Part shown: piece after piece, positions 47,160-62,194 of the stretch
How positions within the stretch are numbered: position 1 is the stretch's first letter
Layout of the letters: the number at the start of each line of letters is the position of its first letter
From: Mesotaenium endlicherianum
Taxonomy: Eukaryota
Length of the DNA stretch: 64,000 bases
Direction: 5' to 3'
NCBI GenBank assembly: GCA_009602735.1
Contig: WELA01003597.1
Span: 504,882-568,881, forward strand
The notes under the pieces: generated by a model
The model's database searches: none
What the model saw: the letters and a program-made list of their open reading frames with translations, nothing else
Told to the model about the DNA's origin: nothing
Program-made: the position numbers and the translations under genes

Positions 47160-47525
47160 TCTCAGGGCTTGAGGGTTTAGAGCTAGGCCTTAGGGCTTGC
47201 GCTTGGGGCCAGGACTTAGGGCCAGGGCTTTGGGTTTTGGGCTTGGGGCTGCGCTTTGGGCGCAGGGCTTGACGCGTAGGGCTCAGGGCTTTGGCTGAAC
47301 TTTTCCGGGCTTCTAGGTTTGAGCTTGAGGGGATGAATTGTGAGGGCGAGGTTTGGGGCTTAGGTGCCGGAGGTTAGGAGAAAGGGTGCAGCACAAGGTG
47401 TTATATTCCATGTTCCAGGCTAAGGGCTGGCAAAGGGCTCAGGCTTTAGGCACGGGGCTCATGATGCAAGGCCAAGGGAGTAGAGCTCAGCGTTGAAGCT
47501 TCTGAGCTCAGGGCTTAGGGCTTCA
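47160..47525. repeat. Degenerate TTAGGG(C)/TTTAGGG-like interstitial repeat tract
   Basis: Repeated cttagggc, gggtttag and ctcagggctt motifs. Confidence 0.55.
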
Positions 47526-50500
47526 GGCCCTCTCCGTCGAGTTTCTGTGCGTGCGCATGGGCTGTGACTTACAGGAGGCACGGGTGACAGCATCGCTTGT
47601 GTGCTCCCCCAGTGGCAGTATGGCAGTACCTAAAAGGGTTGAGTTTCCCGCGTCTTGCTGCCTCAGGTCCACAGCAGCAAACCAGGGCCTCTCAGCGCGC
47701 GTCTCTGCGTGCATGGTGTGTGACGCTTGCGTGTGCTATCTCCTGCTGTGCCAGAGTGTGAGTGCGAGTGTAAACTTGGATGTTGCTTGCACAGAGAGAG
47801 GGCCACTTGCTGGCAGGGAGGAATTTGTGTGCTCTGATTGAAGGCCAGCCATGTGGTGCATGCATGCTCCTCCTGCTGCTGTTACTGGTGCAAGAGGGGG
47901 AAGAGGTAACATTGAAGCAGAGCCACCTGGGGCTCCAGCAGTATCTTGGAGGCTCTAGAGGCTCCTCCTCGGACACGAGGGTCCCCGAAGCTTCAGGGGC
48001 CTCAGCAGGTGCTTCAGGGGCTCAGGTGCTCCAGGGGGGCTTCAGGGGCTCCAGGGGGCTCGTGCCCTCCCCTCTCCACTGCTGTTAGTTGGGCCGGCAC
48101 TTTCCTTGCTAGCTGGCAGCAGGACTGGGACTAGCGGTGGGCTTAGGTGTCGGACAGGAACTGCTGGGACAGGGACCCCAGGCCCTGGGCATGTGCCAGG
48201 TTGCAACCTGGAGGTGGCTGCACAGAAAGTTCAAACACTAGTCCTGCTCTCTCTCGGACGCTGGGGGTCATCTTTGGCAGGGTGGTGGGGGAGGCTGGGG
48301 GATGGCTCAGGGCTGGAGGGAAAGATGAGGGCAACGAGTAGGCCAGGTAGTGGGGGCTGCATGTATGAGGAAGTAGCTCCAAATGAGGGAAGGGACGCAG
48401 CGTTCGTGCGTAAGTTATTTTTTTGTGTTCTGAGTTCTGTGAGCAGACAAAGTGGAGGACACCTGTTCCAGGACGCCCGTATGCATGCACGCCTCTTGGC
48501 GCTTCCAGGTCGCTCCTGAGAGGGTTTGAGAAAACACGTGTCGAGGGGTTGGACTCGAGGAGTGAAGGGTGGGAGCTTGTGATCATGAGATCCTCTAGCT
48601 TGAAGCCCCCAGAGCTCCTTGCCTGTCCATCTGCAAAGTGGTGCAAGTCGGTTTCAGGCGGTCTCACGGAGCCAAACGGGCTCTATCTTTGCAAGGAAGG
48701 CCAACGTTCGCAAGGGCGCTGCCAGCTCAATCTCTTGAAGCGTTATGCACTCCGTCTGTCCCTATAGGTGCTTCTTATTGAGGTCTTGTCACGCCAGGGT
48801 TGGTGCTGCTTGCATCATTGCCTTTATATCAAATTTGTGAACCTTTTATGCACTAGATACATTTAAGTTCTGCTGCAGCCTGTACGCAGTCTTGGAGAAA
48901 AAAGGATTCCAACCATGCACTCCTCGGCCCAGTCCCGCACTTACTGCTCCCAATTAGTCCCCACCCAGAGCTGAAACCAAGCCCCTCCGACTTTGAATGT
49001 GTGTTATTCATCACGCCAGCTCCTAGTTCAAGCCTTTCGTTTGCTCCTCCATCACTGCCCTCTCTCCCTCTCCCTTTTGCATCCCTCCAGTGCATGCACC
49101 ATATGAAGAAGGAGTTGGTTGAGCAACTTGGCAACCACAGTGAGCGCCACTATGCTGCGCCTTGCTCTGGTAAGCATGCATGCATGAGTGCAGCCGGCAG
49201 AGTTTCCAAATCCCCCTCCGCTCTGTAGAGGACTCAGGGCTCCCTGGCCTCTCTCTGCCGTGACACTATCTGTGTGTGCGGGACACTCTTTCCAGTGGCA
49301 GTCCAAATAGGAATAGCCTCCGGTGTTTTGCTTGCCTCTTGGGGACTCATGGTCCTGGTTTTGGGTCAGAATTTTGGGCTTGAGCCTCGATTCTCAAGCT
49401 TTTGGAGAAGATAAGGCATTAGGGCTAAGCCGTGCCTTGCTGCCGCTCAGGGGCTCATGGCCTGGCTGCTTGTGACTGTGTGTGCAAGCGGTGCAAGTTG
49501 CTGCGCGTGCACATATGTGCTTGCATGCATTTAAATGGCAGTCAGTCATAGGTGGAATTGAGTGGAGGGGGGCGCCCTCTTCCCTTGGCCATTGCAACCC
49601 ACTTCTCTGTTCCTCTGTTATGCTTCCGAAGCGAGAGGCTTGCTCTCAGGAAGACGGAGGAGTGCTCTGGTTGCCACCAGCCATGTGGCGGCAGTATGCT
49701 GCTGCTGCTCCTGGTCCTGGAGGGGGGCGTGTGCTTGTCTCGGGTTGTGTCACTGGAAGGCCCTAATGTTTATATCTCAAACCATATTCTTATGAGTGCA
49801 GGTGTCTTTTAGGATGGTAATGGGACTGGAGAAATTCAAGGAAGCAACAAACTGGCAGTTGGGGGCGACTGCTGTGCCTGAGAGAGGGCTGTGGTGTCCT
49901 GCGTGCGAAGTTGTTTGCTGAGCTCTGTGGGCAAGAGAACCAGCTCACGCCTGCTCTCAGAATGCAGCCTGCCTAGAGCACACATGCAGGCACGCCACTT
50001 GGCGCACCGTGCTGTGGGCAGCCTCCTGCCTGGCATTGCCCAAGCGCGGGCTGTATATAGATAGCCAAGGCCACAGCTTCTATAGCTTTGCACGTGCTGG
50101 TACCTGTGTCTCCCTCTGTTCTCCTCTATAGTATCCTGTGCGTGTGAGTGCTTGCAATACACTATACCCAGATGACCTTGTGCTCTATCGTGGGCTGGCT
50201 TTTGGAACACAGAATGGTGGGTGTGGCGCTTTGTACTCAAGGTGATGCAAAGAGAGAGTTCGTTGCCAGCCCGGGCGCGGGCGGCGGGAATGAGAAACGT
50301 GGACATGGCGTGTGGTTGGACTTACGTGGGGAGGATGTTGAGGTGCAGAGTGCTATTGGCTGACGTCGTGAGGTGTCATTACAAAAGGCAAGCATATGGC
50401 TCCTCAAACATTTCAACAACATCCATTGGCTCTTTGTTAAGTGTGTGCGAGGGTTTTGTGTGTGGCCTTGGAACTTTATCCTCAATACACCTTGCTCTAG

Positions 50501-53142
50501 AAGCCAGCATTTGAAATTTCTCATTCAGATGTTGTGTGCTCTGTTTTTCCTACCCTGTTGCTTCTTTTTATCGGCTTGTCACCGCTAGTTTGGGTATTGC
50601 TTACAACACCTCCAGAGCAGAATAAGAACTGCGCGAGCCGCGCTCATGTACTGCACAGCAGATCAAAGCAGAAAACATTTTTCTACGAAGATTTGGTTGT
50701 TAGGTTCATGAGACAATCGCCTCTGGACAACGAACACATTCCACTAAGCATATCACCTCTTGCATTTTCTCGAGTACACACAATAAGTTAAAGGAGAGAG
50801 GGGCCGAGTATGTGTGCAACCTACACATATGAAAGTTCTGCTGTTTGCGATATTTGATAGCAAGTGTCTAGGGTAGTGAATCTACAGACTTTGACCAATT
50901 TCATATAGTCACACGCACCAGAGTAGGTTTGCTATAGGACTTTAGGAAAGCAAGCTCAGTCAGTCAGTAACCTTGTCACTTGAAAGCTATCATGTATTAT
51001 ATAGAGCTGTGAATGTATTCTGTGTATTCCTCTTGTTTTCTAGTGTGCATATGTTTGCCAATTATCAAAAATGTTGACAACTCTCAAAGGAGGACCGTCA
51101 ATATGTAAATAGGTCCTCTATGAAGATTGAAGATGAAGCTCAATTTGTCTCCATGTCGACTAAATGGATGTAAGCTTTGGTCCGAAGCGCAGAAAGTTGT
51201 TGTTCACAAATGCCACGGAGATGGGGGGCACAACATTGCACAAAAATTATGAAGAACCCGCATAGTCATCTTAATGATGCATCCTTTACACATACAAGCT
51301 TACGAGGACAATACACACTGACTCTGTGCAAACTATGTGCGACGCGCACCTGGCATCAACTTCTGAAAGCTCTCCTTTCACCAGCAATGTAGGTCCGCAA
51401 TTCCCCCTTGCCCGCCCTTCATGCTGCTAGAGTCTGGCTTTACTAAGAGTAGACCTCCAAGATCCTCCACTTTCATCTGCCTAGCTACAAAATAAACGTT
51501 GGTTCTGTCACAATAATATTCTGCCACTAGTTGTGACCCTCACAAGATATTCATATGTACATGAGACTGCTTTACGTCAACATATGTACATTCCTGTATA
51601 CTCATTCACCCAAGCGTTGGCACACCGAACATCAAAAAATATACAATGCGCCACTACTCTATCGCCCTTCCCGCTCTTGTTCATGGAAAAATGCCCTGTC
51701 TTCTTTGTAGGGCCAACCTAGACCTGCATTTTTGGAAGTGGTCTAAATTACCAAGTCACGTCATTCTACATCTTGTCTGTTGATAATATTTGACAAAATT
51801 GCAAGAGTGCTCCTTCACCTCCTTCCGATTTTTTGTAGCAATCCTCGACCACCTCCTTTCCTTCTCTCTCTCCATTTCAGTTCTTCCCCTCAATCATTCC
51901 ATATATCCTCCCATTGCCGCGCTCAACTATTAGTTCTCCCTTTTCACCCTCTTACCCTTATGCACTGTCATCGAATGTTCCTCTACCACCTTTTACTTAT
52001 TTCTCTTGACGTAAGTTGCTCTTTCATTCCCTTCCTCCACCTCTCGCACTTTCCCACAACCGGCTCGTGCTCCTCCTGCACCATACCTTTCTGCCATATT
52101 TCAATCCAATCAAACAAGAAATGTTTTTCCCGCACTGCGCGCCACTGCACCTCCAACCTCTGCATCTTCTCTGTTGGCAAGTGTACATCCTATTCCCATT
52201 GATCTGCTAACCATTCTCAGCCCCAGTCCGAATCATCAACGTCCTCTACTTCCTTCCATGATCCCTTCTTCATGATTTTTTCCTTCATGACACGCCTCCT
52301 TGCCAGATTTCATAGACAATTGCGTCATCGCCTCCTCATCCAGTTCTTTTTGCTGCCCCTTTATCTTCTTTCTTTGTCCCAAACCACTTGTGTCTGCACC
52401 TTCAAGTTGTCCTCCTTCTCCCTACTTCTTTGCTGACCTTCCAACATGTCCTTCATAGTCGGCAACTTCTGGAACAGCACTTCTTTCTGATCCCTCTTCC
52501 CTGATCCTTTGGCCTTGCCTTTTGTAGCTTGCAGAAAGACAGGTGCCGCTGCCTCACTGTCTCTCAAGAATGACAACTCCTCCTTCAGTGACAGGGTCTC
52601 AAATTTCAATGCCGTGCACTGATCTTCAAGCTGTACATTTCATTCGACCACAAAGGCGAAAGGATGGAACATAGGCTGACTTTCTCAGAAGCAACAGTCA
52701 TAAGAACTTGCATAGAATGTGACCGGATTGATGACCTTGAGACTTAACATGCTAATGCACGGAATGTAAAGAACTGGTTGGCTTCAAGAGGCAAAAAGGA
52801 CTATTTGTCCTCCTCTAAAGCATTTTCCCCTCAGCGCCACATGCGAGCTAGGGAGCTTAGGCTTTATGTAGCATATTGGGAAAGAAGAGCACACACAGAG
52901 TTTCTACATTAAATAATGTCAAATAAAAAACAACAGTAATCTCAGCAAGAAGCAGGTTATAAGCTTAAGCTCCCAGCTAGCTGCAATGAGACAAACTAAA
53001 TAGAAATGGTCATCAATCATTGCAAAATCATTAAATCGCTAGCAAAGCATCGAGCATTCTATTAATCATTTGTCCCCTTCTTTTGAAGTACCAAATCAAG
53101 TCTGGAAAACACTTCTGGCAGGGGGGACAAAATTTAAAAATA

Positions 53143-56100
53143 CCTGAGATGCTGCCAGCAGGGCACTGGCCAAGCAGGCCTCTAGCTGAGCCATCCGGGC
53201 CTGAAGAGCCGCCCTCTCCTCGTGAGACCCCTTCAACAGCTTCTTCAAGACCTCTATGAATGCCTCATGTCTCTTGCCTGTTTTCAATCGTTCCTATCAA
53301 TGTCACATCGCCACGGATGTCAACAATTCGTCCACGTCTTTCAAGACCGTCGGTTTGCACTTATTGCAATATATGTTTTTTTGGTGAGAGAGAGCAACAT
53401 GAAGCATGGGTTCATACATTTGCAGCGTGAAGCTTTCTCAAAAGATGTCCTTGCTCCTCCATTGAAGCGTTCTGGGATTCCCTCATTTTCTCATTTTTTA
53501 GCAAGAGCTTTTTCTCAACTATCTCCCTAAATTTGCTTGCAGCTCTTGACATCTCCACAACCCTACCTTGTAATCTCGAGATTTGCTTTGCATGTCCCAC
53601 TTTTTCCTTCATAGCCTCTTGAATCTCCGTCATGTTGTCTACTTTCAAGAGGAGCTGTTTCACAAAAGTTCCCTTGCCACTTTTTGCAACCACTAATAGC
53701 TCCGTCATCTTGTCTTCAAATATCAATAATTGCTTATGTTTTTCCGTAATGTGTTGGAGCTGTGAAGAAAGCAACAATCATATTGTCAGCAAGGACAGCA
53801 GACATCCACTTCTATATTTCATGGATCTCCCACGGCTTATAAATTTCACGAGCAACACGCGCATGATAGCATGCAAAGGGCTTAGGAAGGGCTTAGACAT
53901 CGAGACTAGGTAACATAACCTCTCAAACACTGAGCATCAAAAATTCATACTTCAGAGTATCCTGCTCTTCAACAAGAGTAGCTCTCAGAAATAGGAGTAA
54001 CCTGCAATCTCGCAAGGACATCTGATTGGAATCAATAGACAAAGACAACTTGGGACATTTGCACCTGGTGGGCTGTCTGCTGGGCTGTCTGCTAGGCACA
54101 GGCCAAGGAGGTCTCCAGATTGACCGCCATTCCCTGCTGGACCGCCCTTTCATGCTTAGACACACTTAGCTGCTTCTTCAACTCTGCTGTGTGAGCTTCG
54201 TACTGCTGCTCCATTGCCTTAGTGGAAGCCACTCGGGCCTGCAAGGACCGTTTCTCCTCCTCTGACACCCTCAGCTGCTCCTCCATTTTCAACATACGGG
54301 CTTCAACCTGCCCTTTGCTTGCTTTCAACTCTGCAGGGCGGGCTTTCTCCTGCTCAGATTTCCGCAGCTTTTCCGCCAATTCCGCCACGTGCCTTTCATG
54401 CTGCTCCTTGCTTGCTTCCAACTAAGTCGTATGGGCCTCCTGCTGAGCTTCCGTGTCTTGCTCACAAAACCTCAGCTGCGCCTCCAACACTGCTATGCGA
54501 CGTCCTAGGAACTCTTGCCATACCACAATGCATATAAGACATACCAAAATTTTAATAATTATGATCTTTTCATTTATCATCTCAATGATAAAAGTGATAC
54601 AACTCAAGATCAACAGCAAGACCTTACAAATTGGTTCCACACAATTTTCAGATTGACTACCAGCCAAATCCTGATAAATTCTCAAACAAACACCTGACCA
54701 CATTGCATGTTGACTGCATGAAGCAAGCTGCAATGCGCACCTGAGCCCCCGTTGCAGCCCTCTTTTGGTCCGCCACTTCCTCCTCTTTTTGCGCAAGCTG
54801 CTCAGCATATTTATTATGTTCACTTTGTGAAGAAGCACAAGGCAAACATGCAGCCAGCTGTCCCTCCGCAAGGCCGGCCACTAGCTTCCTCAAGGCACAA
54901 GTTTATGAGGTGAGAGCGTCAAGACGCTCCTGCAGTTGCGAAGTACCAGCAGATGAGAGTGAGGACACCAATCAAGTTCAAGATCAAGGGAGTAATTGAG
55001 CAATGTAATATAGTCGTGGACTCCTATGTTGAGTTATTGTCCCACCAGCCATTGAACAAAAAAATATAATAAGGTTTTCACTCACATTGAAAAAGTGTGA
55101 AGAAGTGAGTGAGAGAGATACTGGAGAGATTTTACTTTGCCATATGTTTCATATTCTAAAACCTAAGGATCCTCCAGCAATTAGATTGCTCTCCACACAA
55201 AGAAATGTTAACCTCCTGCCTGCTGCCAAATTGGTCTTGGGCCTTAAGGATCAAAATTGCACTACAGCAGGAGGAGGTATATATGCTTACTTTTAGCATG
55301 TGAAGTGCCAGCTCCTCTTTGGTCACCGCTCCTTGTCCAAGCTGCAAAGCCACCTCAGTTGCATTCTGAATGCCGCTGCTTTCTTATAGTAAGCATTGTC
55401 ATAATCTGCTTGACAGGACACAAGATGGCTGCCAACATCTTGCGCTACTTTTCTACACACGCCGTCCTCAATCAAAGGCTATGTGAGCCTTATACGGCAT
55501 AGAGAGCACAACAACGCAGCAAGTTGGAGGTACATGTACAAGTCAAGCCAAAGATTAATTTACTTCCGACTCACACGCTTGACCTCAAGCCCGTAAAGCA
55601 GTGAGCACTAAAGTGAATATATGAGCAAGATACGCCCGGTGCAACTTTGGCGACATATCCAAGAGCTTGGTAGCCGGGCATGTGCCATAGAGGCCTCTAA
55701 TTGAGCCACGTGGGCCTGTTGGGAGGCCCTCAGCCGCTCCTCAGACGCCCTCAGCTGCTCCTCTAGCTGCGCTATATGGGCTTCACACATTGCGTGCATG
55801 CCAAGCTGCAATATAAACTTGCATATCTCATGTCAGTCATGGACGATGCTGCTGCCAATTAGGCTTCACAATATTTTTCCTCTAGCCAGGAGACGACGGT
55901 CACAATCAGCAACTGTTGATTGGCCACTTCTTATACCCTACGTACGTTCGCCCCCAAACTTTCATTTGCAACTTGTCAGCATATGAGGTTCTTAATTTTT
56001 AATAGTGAAGTGCCATAAGCTCCATCATTTCCTTTAATTGCACCTTGACCGAGCTGTTCATGATATAGATGTCGTTGACGGTTGTAACTCTCAAACCAAG

Positions 56101-56560
56101 TTGGCATTCCATGCAGTCCCAGCAATGTAGTTACAGCCACATCTTAATGCTTCAAAGTGTACTATTATATGCTATCGGAGCATACTATTTAGCATGCTTT
56201 GTTGTTCTAGAAAGTCCAAGAAATGCCCCACATCTGCCAGAGACAGCATGCAGTTCTTGTGTAAGAAACTTAAAAATCTTGTCATTCTGGTCATAGTGGT
56301 CATAATACTGTGGCTCCAATTAGAAGCTGACATGACCTGATGAGTGTTGAGGTTGCCGCCATACAAAATACCACTTAGAAGATATTACGGGCATGCGCAT
56401 ATGGATGAAGGAGCTTCAATATGTACATTCACCTTTTCCACTTGCATTTCCAATTGCTTCCTGGCCTTTTCTTCCTGTTTAAATCGCTCGGTAAACTCGC
56501 AATTTGAGTGAGCCCTGGAAGATACTGCTCCTACTTCTGCTCTGTCATGCTCGACCTGCA
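53143..56560 (-). pseudogene. Decayed coiled-coil gene, paralogous to exon 39870-40244
   Basis: LEASKEQHERHVAELAEKLRKSEQ (54421), AHIAQLEEQLRASEE..QQAHVAQLEASMA (about 55790) and QARMAQLEACLASALLAASQ|gt (about 53145) mirror LEASKEKEQQEVRVAELEEQLRASEE...QARAAQLEASLAQAQLAASQ|gt; in-frame stops present. Confidence 0.6.
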
Positions 56561-59500
56561 TGACAACCACAGAGATACATTGTCCATACATGTTCAAAAG
56601 TTCTCTTAGCCATCCTTAGTATGGATTGCGTATGGCCTCCAAACAGAAAGAAGACGTTACGGGTGAAAAGCTTGACATATGCACAACTACCCAATTGTGA
56701 GAATCATTTAATTTCATGCTTGTTCAATTGCATAGCATAAGCCATCACGTTTATCTCAGCAAGTTCTTGCCAGTTGTGGAGAATTTATGAATTAAAGCGA
56801 GGTACGTGAGGTTCACTTTCATTGCGGCAGTCACATCTTGCAGCTTCGATGTGGACCATACTTTGCAGAAATTTAGCGGAACGCGTGCGTCACGTGAAAC
56901 CAATACAATACAGTACACTCGACCTGCGTCCTATGGAAGAAAATGCCAATACAGACTGCTTTGTGCAATAAGTTTCTCTCTTAGACGTGAGCATCGTGAT
57001 GCAAGCTTCCATGCATTCCGACTTCATACAGTTGCATCTCTGCCTGCACCAAGTAAAAGATTGTCAGCGTGAAAAACACGTGAATCGGAGGAGAATTAAC
57101 GTGAATCCATATGAACTGGTCGCAATCATGATTGCGACCTTGATGGGACGTGAATGCTACCTCGACAAATTATGAGGTACAACTCACTACAAATCTTAAG
57201 TACAACCGAGACCATGGGGTGCTAACTTTTTGGTCCAAGAAGGCGTTCTTTGCGAAAAAAATCAAAGGATTTGCTATTGGCGATAAAAAACAATATGTTG
57301 TGCATCTTGGTGATTTAAGCAAAATTCACATGTCTTTGCGCTGTCTTTTCAAATTGTCGTCTTTTCCTGCGGAAAATATTGAAAATCCTTGCGAAAAGAT
57401 TGACCATCCAAAGTCGCCTGCGGCGTTTTTTCAACTTGCAAAAATAATTAATGAGACGAAGAAAGCGGCAGCTTCACTTGCAGACTTTGCAATGTTTTTC
57501 AATAATTCAGGAATCTTTGCGACTATTAGCACCCCATGACCGAGACTGAGTTTTGAGTTCCGAGTTCCGAGCTGGTTCCCAATTGATTCAATACGATTCG
57601 AGTCAACAAGTCAGCGACAAGAAATTTGAAGACACGCTTACATGCACTTACATGCGCTAACGTGCAATAAAAGACAGTCAACTGCGCTTGTATGATTTCA
57701 AGAAGCACGCATCAGGATTCAGCAGGTACGAAAGCAGGAGTCGCCAGCCATCGCCAGCAGTCGGGAGTGGTCGGGAGAGTCACCACGAATACAGTCAAAT
57801 TCTTGTTTGACTTCTAGAACCAGCTACGACTTAAGACAAAAAAGTGCAGTACGACCAAGAAGTGGACTAGGAACCTTTGAAACGTCTCTCTTTGCTGCTC
57901 TGGTCATTCTAACTGATTCTTACCAAATGTAAGTCGAACCTCCATGTTTAGGATCAAAATTACCAGCATAACTTGTGGAGTCATACCCTTCTCACAAAAA
58001 GAGCTTGCCCGGCTAATCTCCACATAAGACAAGGGACAAGATGCTCTGTTACAAAATCCAAGGAGTTCCTTTGATCTGCACCCTTTTATGGGCACCCTTT
58101 TATGGGCAACCAAAATTACGTACATATAGCTTATTTGGATTGTTTGTTCTTTCTTTTGTCCTTTCGTGTGTTCCATGCTCTTACTTGCTCACATCTCCGC
58201 CCATTACTTGTAAAACTCCCTCATATCGTATTCGATCATTCTTTATTCTAATGATAGTCTTCTACATCCGATGACACTTCATCAGATTCACTACCCCAAA
58301 GATCGACATGCTTATCTTAATCATCGCACATCACTTAAATGACCATTCTGCAACATCCTTATTTTCTCAAAGGCATAGTTTAATATTTCCCATATGTATG
58401 GATTTCGTTAGAGCCACGGGGCCTTAGTCGACAAAGCCGTACGCGGAATTTGAACGTGAACATGCTTTTATTTTCTCATAGCAAACCATTGTAGATGCCC
58501 AAGTATATATATGCCACACAATGTTTTGTAAATAGTTTGTGAGACAAGAAATGGCATGTTTTGTTAACACGTCAGTGAGGGAAAAAACAACCCAATCAGG
58601 AGCGTCCTAATATTTCCATTCCTTCTAACTTCTTCGTTTGCTTTATATCGACAAACATTGCAGTCCAAAATATTTAATGAAGCTCGTCATTGCAAAAATG
58701 GTCCGCTTCTAGGGGCGATAGCTTATAAAAACATATTGATACTTGTGTATCCTAATGATTATCATTCACATTGATTCAACTGAAATCGAGAACCATCCAA
58801 TATCGACTCCAAGCGGTCGTCATTGAACCACATCTTGAAACTTAGTTCAAATTCATTATGCGCTCCATCTAACACTGAACCCACCTAAACGACCCCATGG
58901 GGCCCAATCACAGCGGGCAACATCAATCCTAATTAGTAAACGCCGTGCTTTTGTTTTCAACCTGGTATACTTAGTTGTAGATTTGAGCCACGGCTCCCCA
59001 TTGCATTGAATAATAATGCTGCAGACAATCAATCGCGAGACTTGACTTGAAAAAGAATGTTGAGGATTCGGCAAGTGACTGTACTTATCATTTGTCTTGC
59101 TATCCCCATAAGTTCTTATACCTGGGCTTTCTTCTTTGAAGGGACTCATGAAGACGTGCATCATTGTGCTCTTATGTGTCAGTCTTTGCCAGAGGGTAGC
59201 AAAAGCATGTCAAAATATCATTGGCAACTGACGAGGGAAAAAGCGCCAGTACAAGTGCAAACAACCTGGAGAAAGGGGTGGAGGGGGAGGAGGAGGGGAG
59301 AGCTTGTAAAAAGAGAATTTTTCTAATAATGAGACTCTTTTAAGTACGACAGATTCGAGGTAACGCTTAATGTTGTAAGCTTTTGAAAAAGGCCCACAAA
59401 ATGTTGCTCCCTTGTCCAGCAAACCACAAGAAGACATGGAGTGGCCTGATGTGAAATGACATTTCACTTTCACCAAGTAGCCCTTGTCGGAGTTTTGAAC

Positions 59501-62194
59501 GTTGTTGGGTGACAGGTGGTATTGCGTCAGGTATACATGCACAATGTGTTGGCAGTTGTTGCGGAGAGGTTTGCTTATCATAGATGACAACCAAGTTGCT
59601 TATGTCACCTTTGCTTTCCTATAGCTTTCAAAATGGAGTTTAAATTTCTACTGCGTGACGGTTTTCCAAATTCCGGATTTTGAGGCAAGTCATTTCAAAG
59701 TCTGACATAGGCATCTTATTGTCGGTGCTTATATTGTGCTCATTTTTGACATAAGCTAATTACTAGAGAAAAAAATCACAATATGGCACATGACGTGGTT
59801 GTAATCTTCCTCTTGCCAACACTATTGTTACTACTGTAGTGCCACCCAATCTGTGCCCTACTATTACCTCTACCAATTTTGTCCAAAAATATTACATTGT
59901 GAGACCGGTCCAATTTGTGCACGATGCAAATTTCTCCGATTGGCCACCTTTGCCCAAGGCGAAGATGAAGTTTCCTCTCATTTGTAGGCCAAGACGCAAA
60001 AAAAAAGGGCAAAGAATTTTGAAACTACACCTTTCAGGAAAACCAGCGCACCAGATTGTAGACAATCCTACGTCTGCAGGTTATTGGAGTTAGACTTGAT
60101 AAGAACCTCAATGGCTACTTGTGGTAATCAGTGGCAGTTAACGTATGGATAGTGTAATCTGATTAGCCAATTTGACATCGCATGCAAATAACATAATAAT
60201 TGGTATATCAGGTCAAAAGAGTCCGAAAATAAAAGTGGTTGAAGATGAAGTCTCTACAACCTTGCACGAACAAACCCGCAAGAACAAACCCATACACATT
60301 CAAGATTGGTGCATAAATTTCACATGTGTAAAACATGACAATAGGCAATAAGTCGTCCAACATGTCAAACCATGTCGGACTGTTGTTATCAAGTTTGCTT
60401 TTGCCATGGTCAACCTGCATCACCTTGTTACTTTTATGACCGGCAATTGCTACTTCAAACCAAGGGAGGAGCTTCCAAATGAGACCACACCTAAATGCAT
60501 TCAACAGCTAATCAAAACACGATTGTTCATATTGGTGACAAATATAACTCACATCAATTCAAACGAGGACCGCCTCGACTCTCGGCCTACATGTATATAT
60601 TTTTCACCCTCGCTATCTTGCGAGGAAATAGGATGGTAAATAACAAAGAGCCGGGGAGTTGTGCTTAAAGCACAACCACGGTTGGGGGACAACCTGGCAA
60701 ATTATGCCCCTGAATTTTATCATTTCAAAAAACTTTCCACGCGCGCTAGTTCGAAAGAATTGAATTTACATAATTCAAGTGGCACGTGGTCGTGTTCCAG
60801 CTAAATCTTTATGCCCAAAAAGTTAAATTTTAACATGCATCGGAGCAAAAAAAATCTGTAAATAGTCGACTTACCCTCAATGACTTTTTGTGAATAGAAG
60901 AGGTCGCCGCAACACAAATTTTCTTGCTCTGTCCCTTGGACGTGAAAGTGCCCAAATCCTATTAGCCAAGCTACGTCATTGTTGGGTGTAGAAGGGAAAT
61001 TACAAAAATTGGGCGTAGATTATTTCTTTGTGGGTCCTTCTTCGCACAACTCTGCCCCCTTTTTACGCTTTCAAAGGACTCAACCAAATTTAACCTACTT
61101 TTGCATTTGCCCCCTTGACCATTTTTGGAGTGTACGTTTTTGCCACCTAGACTTGCACCTTCTATTCATTTCCAGATACAATGCTGCTGTCTATTCACAC
61201 AAGTTCTCATGTCTACCCATACGTCCTACATCCCGCTTTTTTGATTGTTGATACTATACTTATCTAGGACTTAAAGTTCATTGTATTAACACTGTAGAAG
61301 GCAAGATAACAGTGCTGCAATGCTTCACAAAACCTCCTCATAAAAGTCACAAAAATTTCACACTACCCAACGTGAGTGCTCCCCACAAGAACAACTAACG
61401 CAACAATCCACGAGCACACACCCCCTTCCACTCACATGAAACTCAATTGGGGGAAATATTGGACACCTGAATTTGGCGCGCGCAACCCCTTTTTGTACAT
61501 AGAGGGTACTAGTTCTAATCGCTGAGTTCGAAGTTAAAAACGCGACAACACACTAACTTATAATTAGTTCAAAGTCTCAAACTTTTAACTTACTTTCTAC
61601 TTTAGCTTATCCTGTTTGTTTCTTACTCGTTGGCCTACACATACATGTCTGAAACATAGAATTTGGTGAAGTAATGAAGAAATTGTCAGCATCCGAAGCT
61701 CTCATTAATCCTATGGATGCAATCTACACGCTCTGTTAACATTTTTTTGCTGCCATGGTGTGCCCCAGAAGTGGCTTAAAACGTAAGTATATGTAATAGA
61801 AGCTGATTCTACTGATTCGTCTATGAGTTTCGCTCAGTTGAACCACACAAAATCTTAATTGTTCGCTTTTGTAATCTGCTTGCAATTTGTGATTATTTGG
61901 GAGCGAGTCCAAGAGGCGATGAGTAAGGAAGAGGGTGGAAGATGTTGCGCAAGTGCACTTAGAAGGTGCAATTCTTCATGAATCCGCCCGAAATTTGCTA
62001 TACAGGTGGAAAAAGCATAGACAGATCTAAAAATGTGTGCGGCTAGGGTTTGAGCTCTTGCATTCATTGCTGAATATACTTTCCAGACTTTGTTAGAGCT
62101 TTAGAAATTTATGGAAGATTTTACATCTAAATTCTGCTCCTAGCGTGCTTGTCCTAGACGTGGTGGTGCTTAGCATTGTCACCAATGTGAGCCT

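Noticed and set aside
51700..52620. Purine-rich minus-strand remnant, possibly LINE-derived
   Set aside because: No RT or endonuclease motif visible
56800..61600. AT-rich region with possible transposon fragments/termini, including cacaatg heptamers near 58517 and 59540
   Set aside because: No paired TIR, TSD or convincing transposase motif within the window; the heptamers are expected by chance
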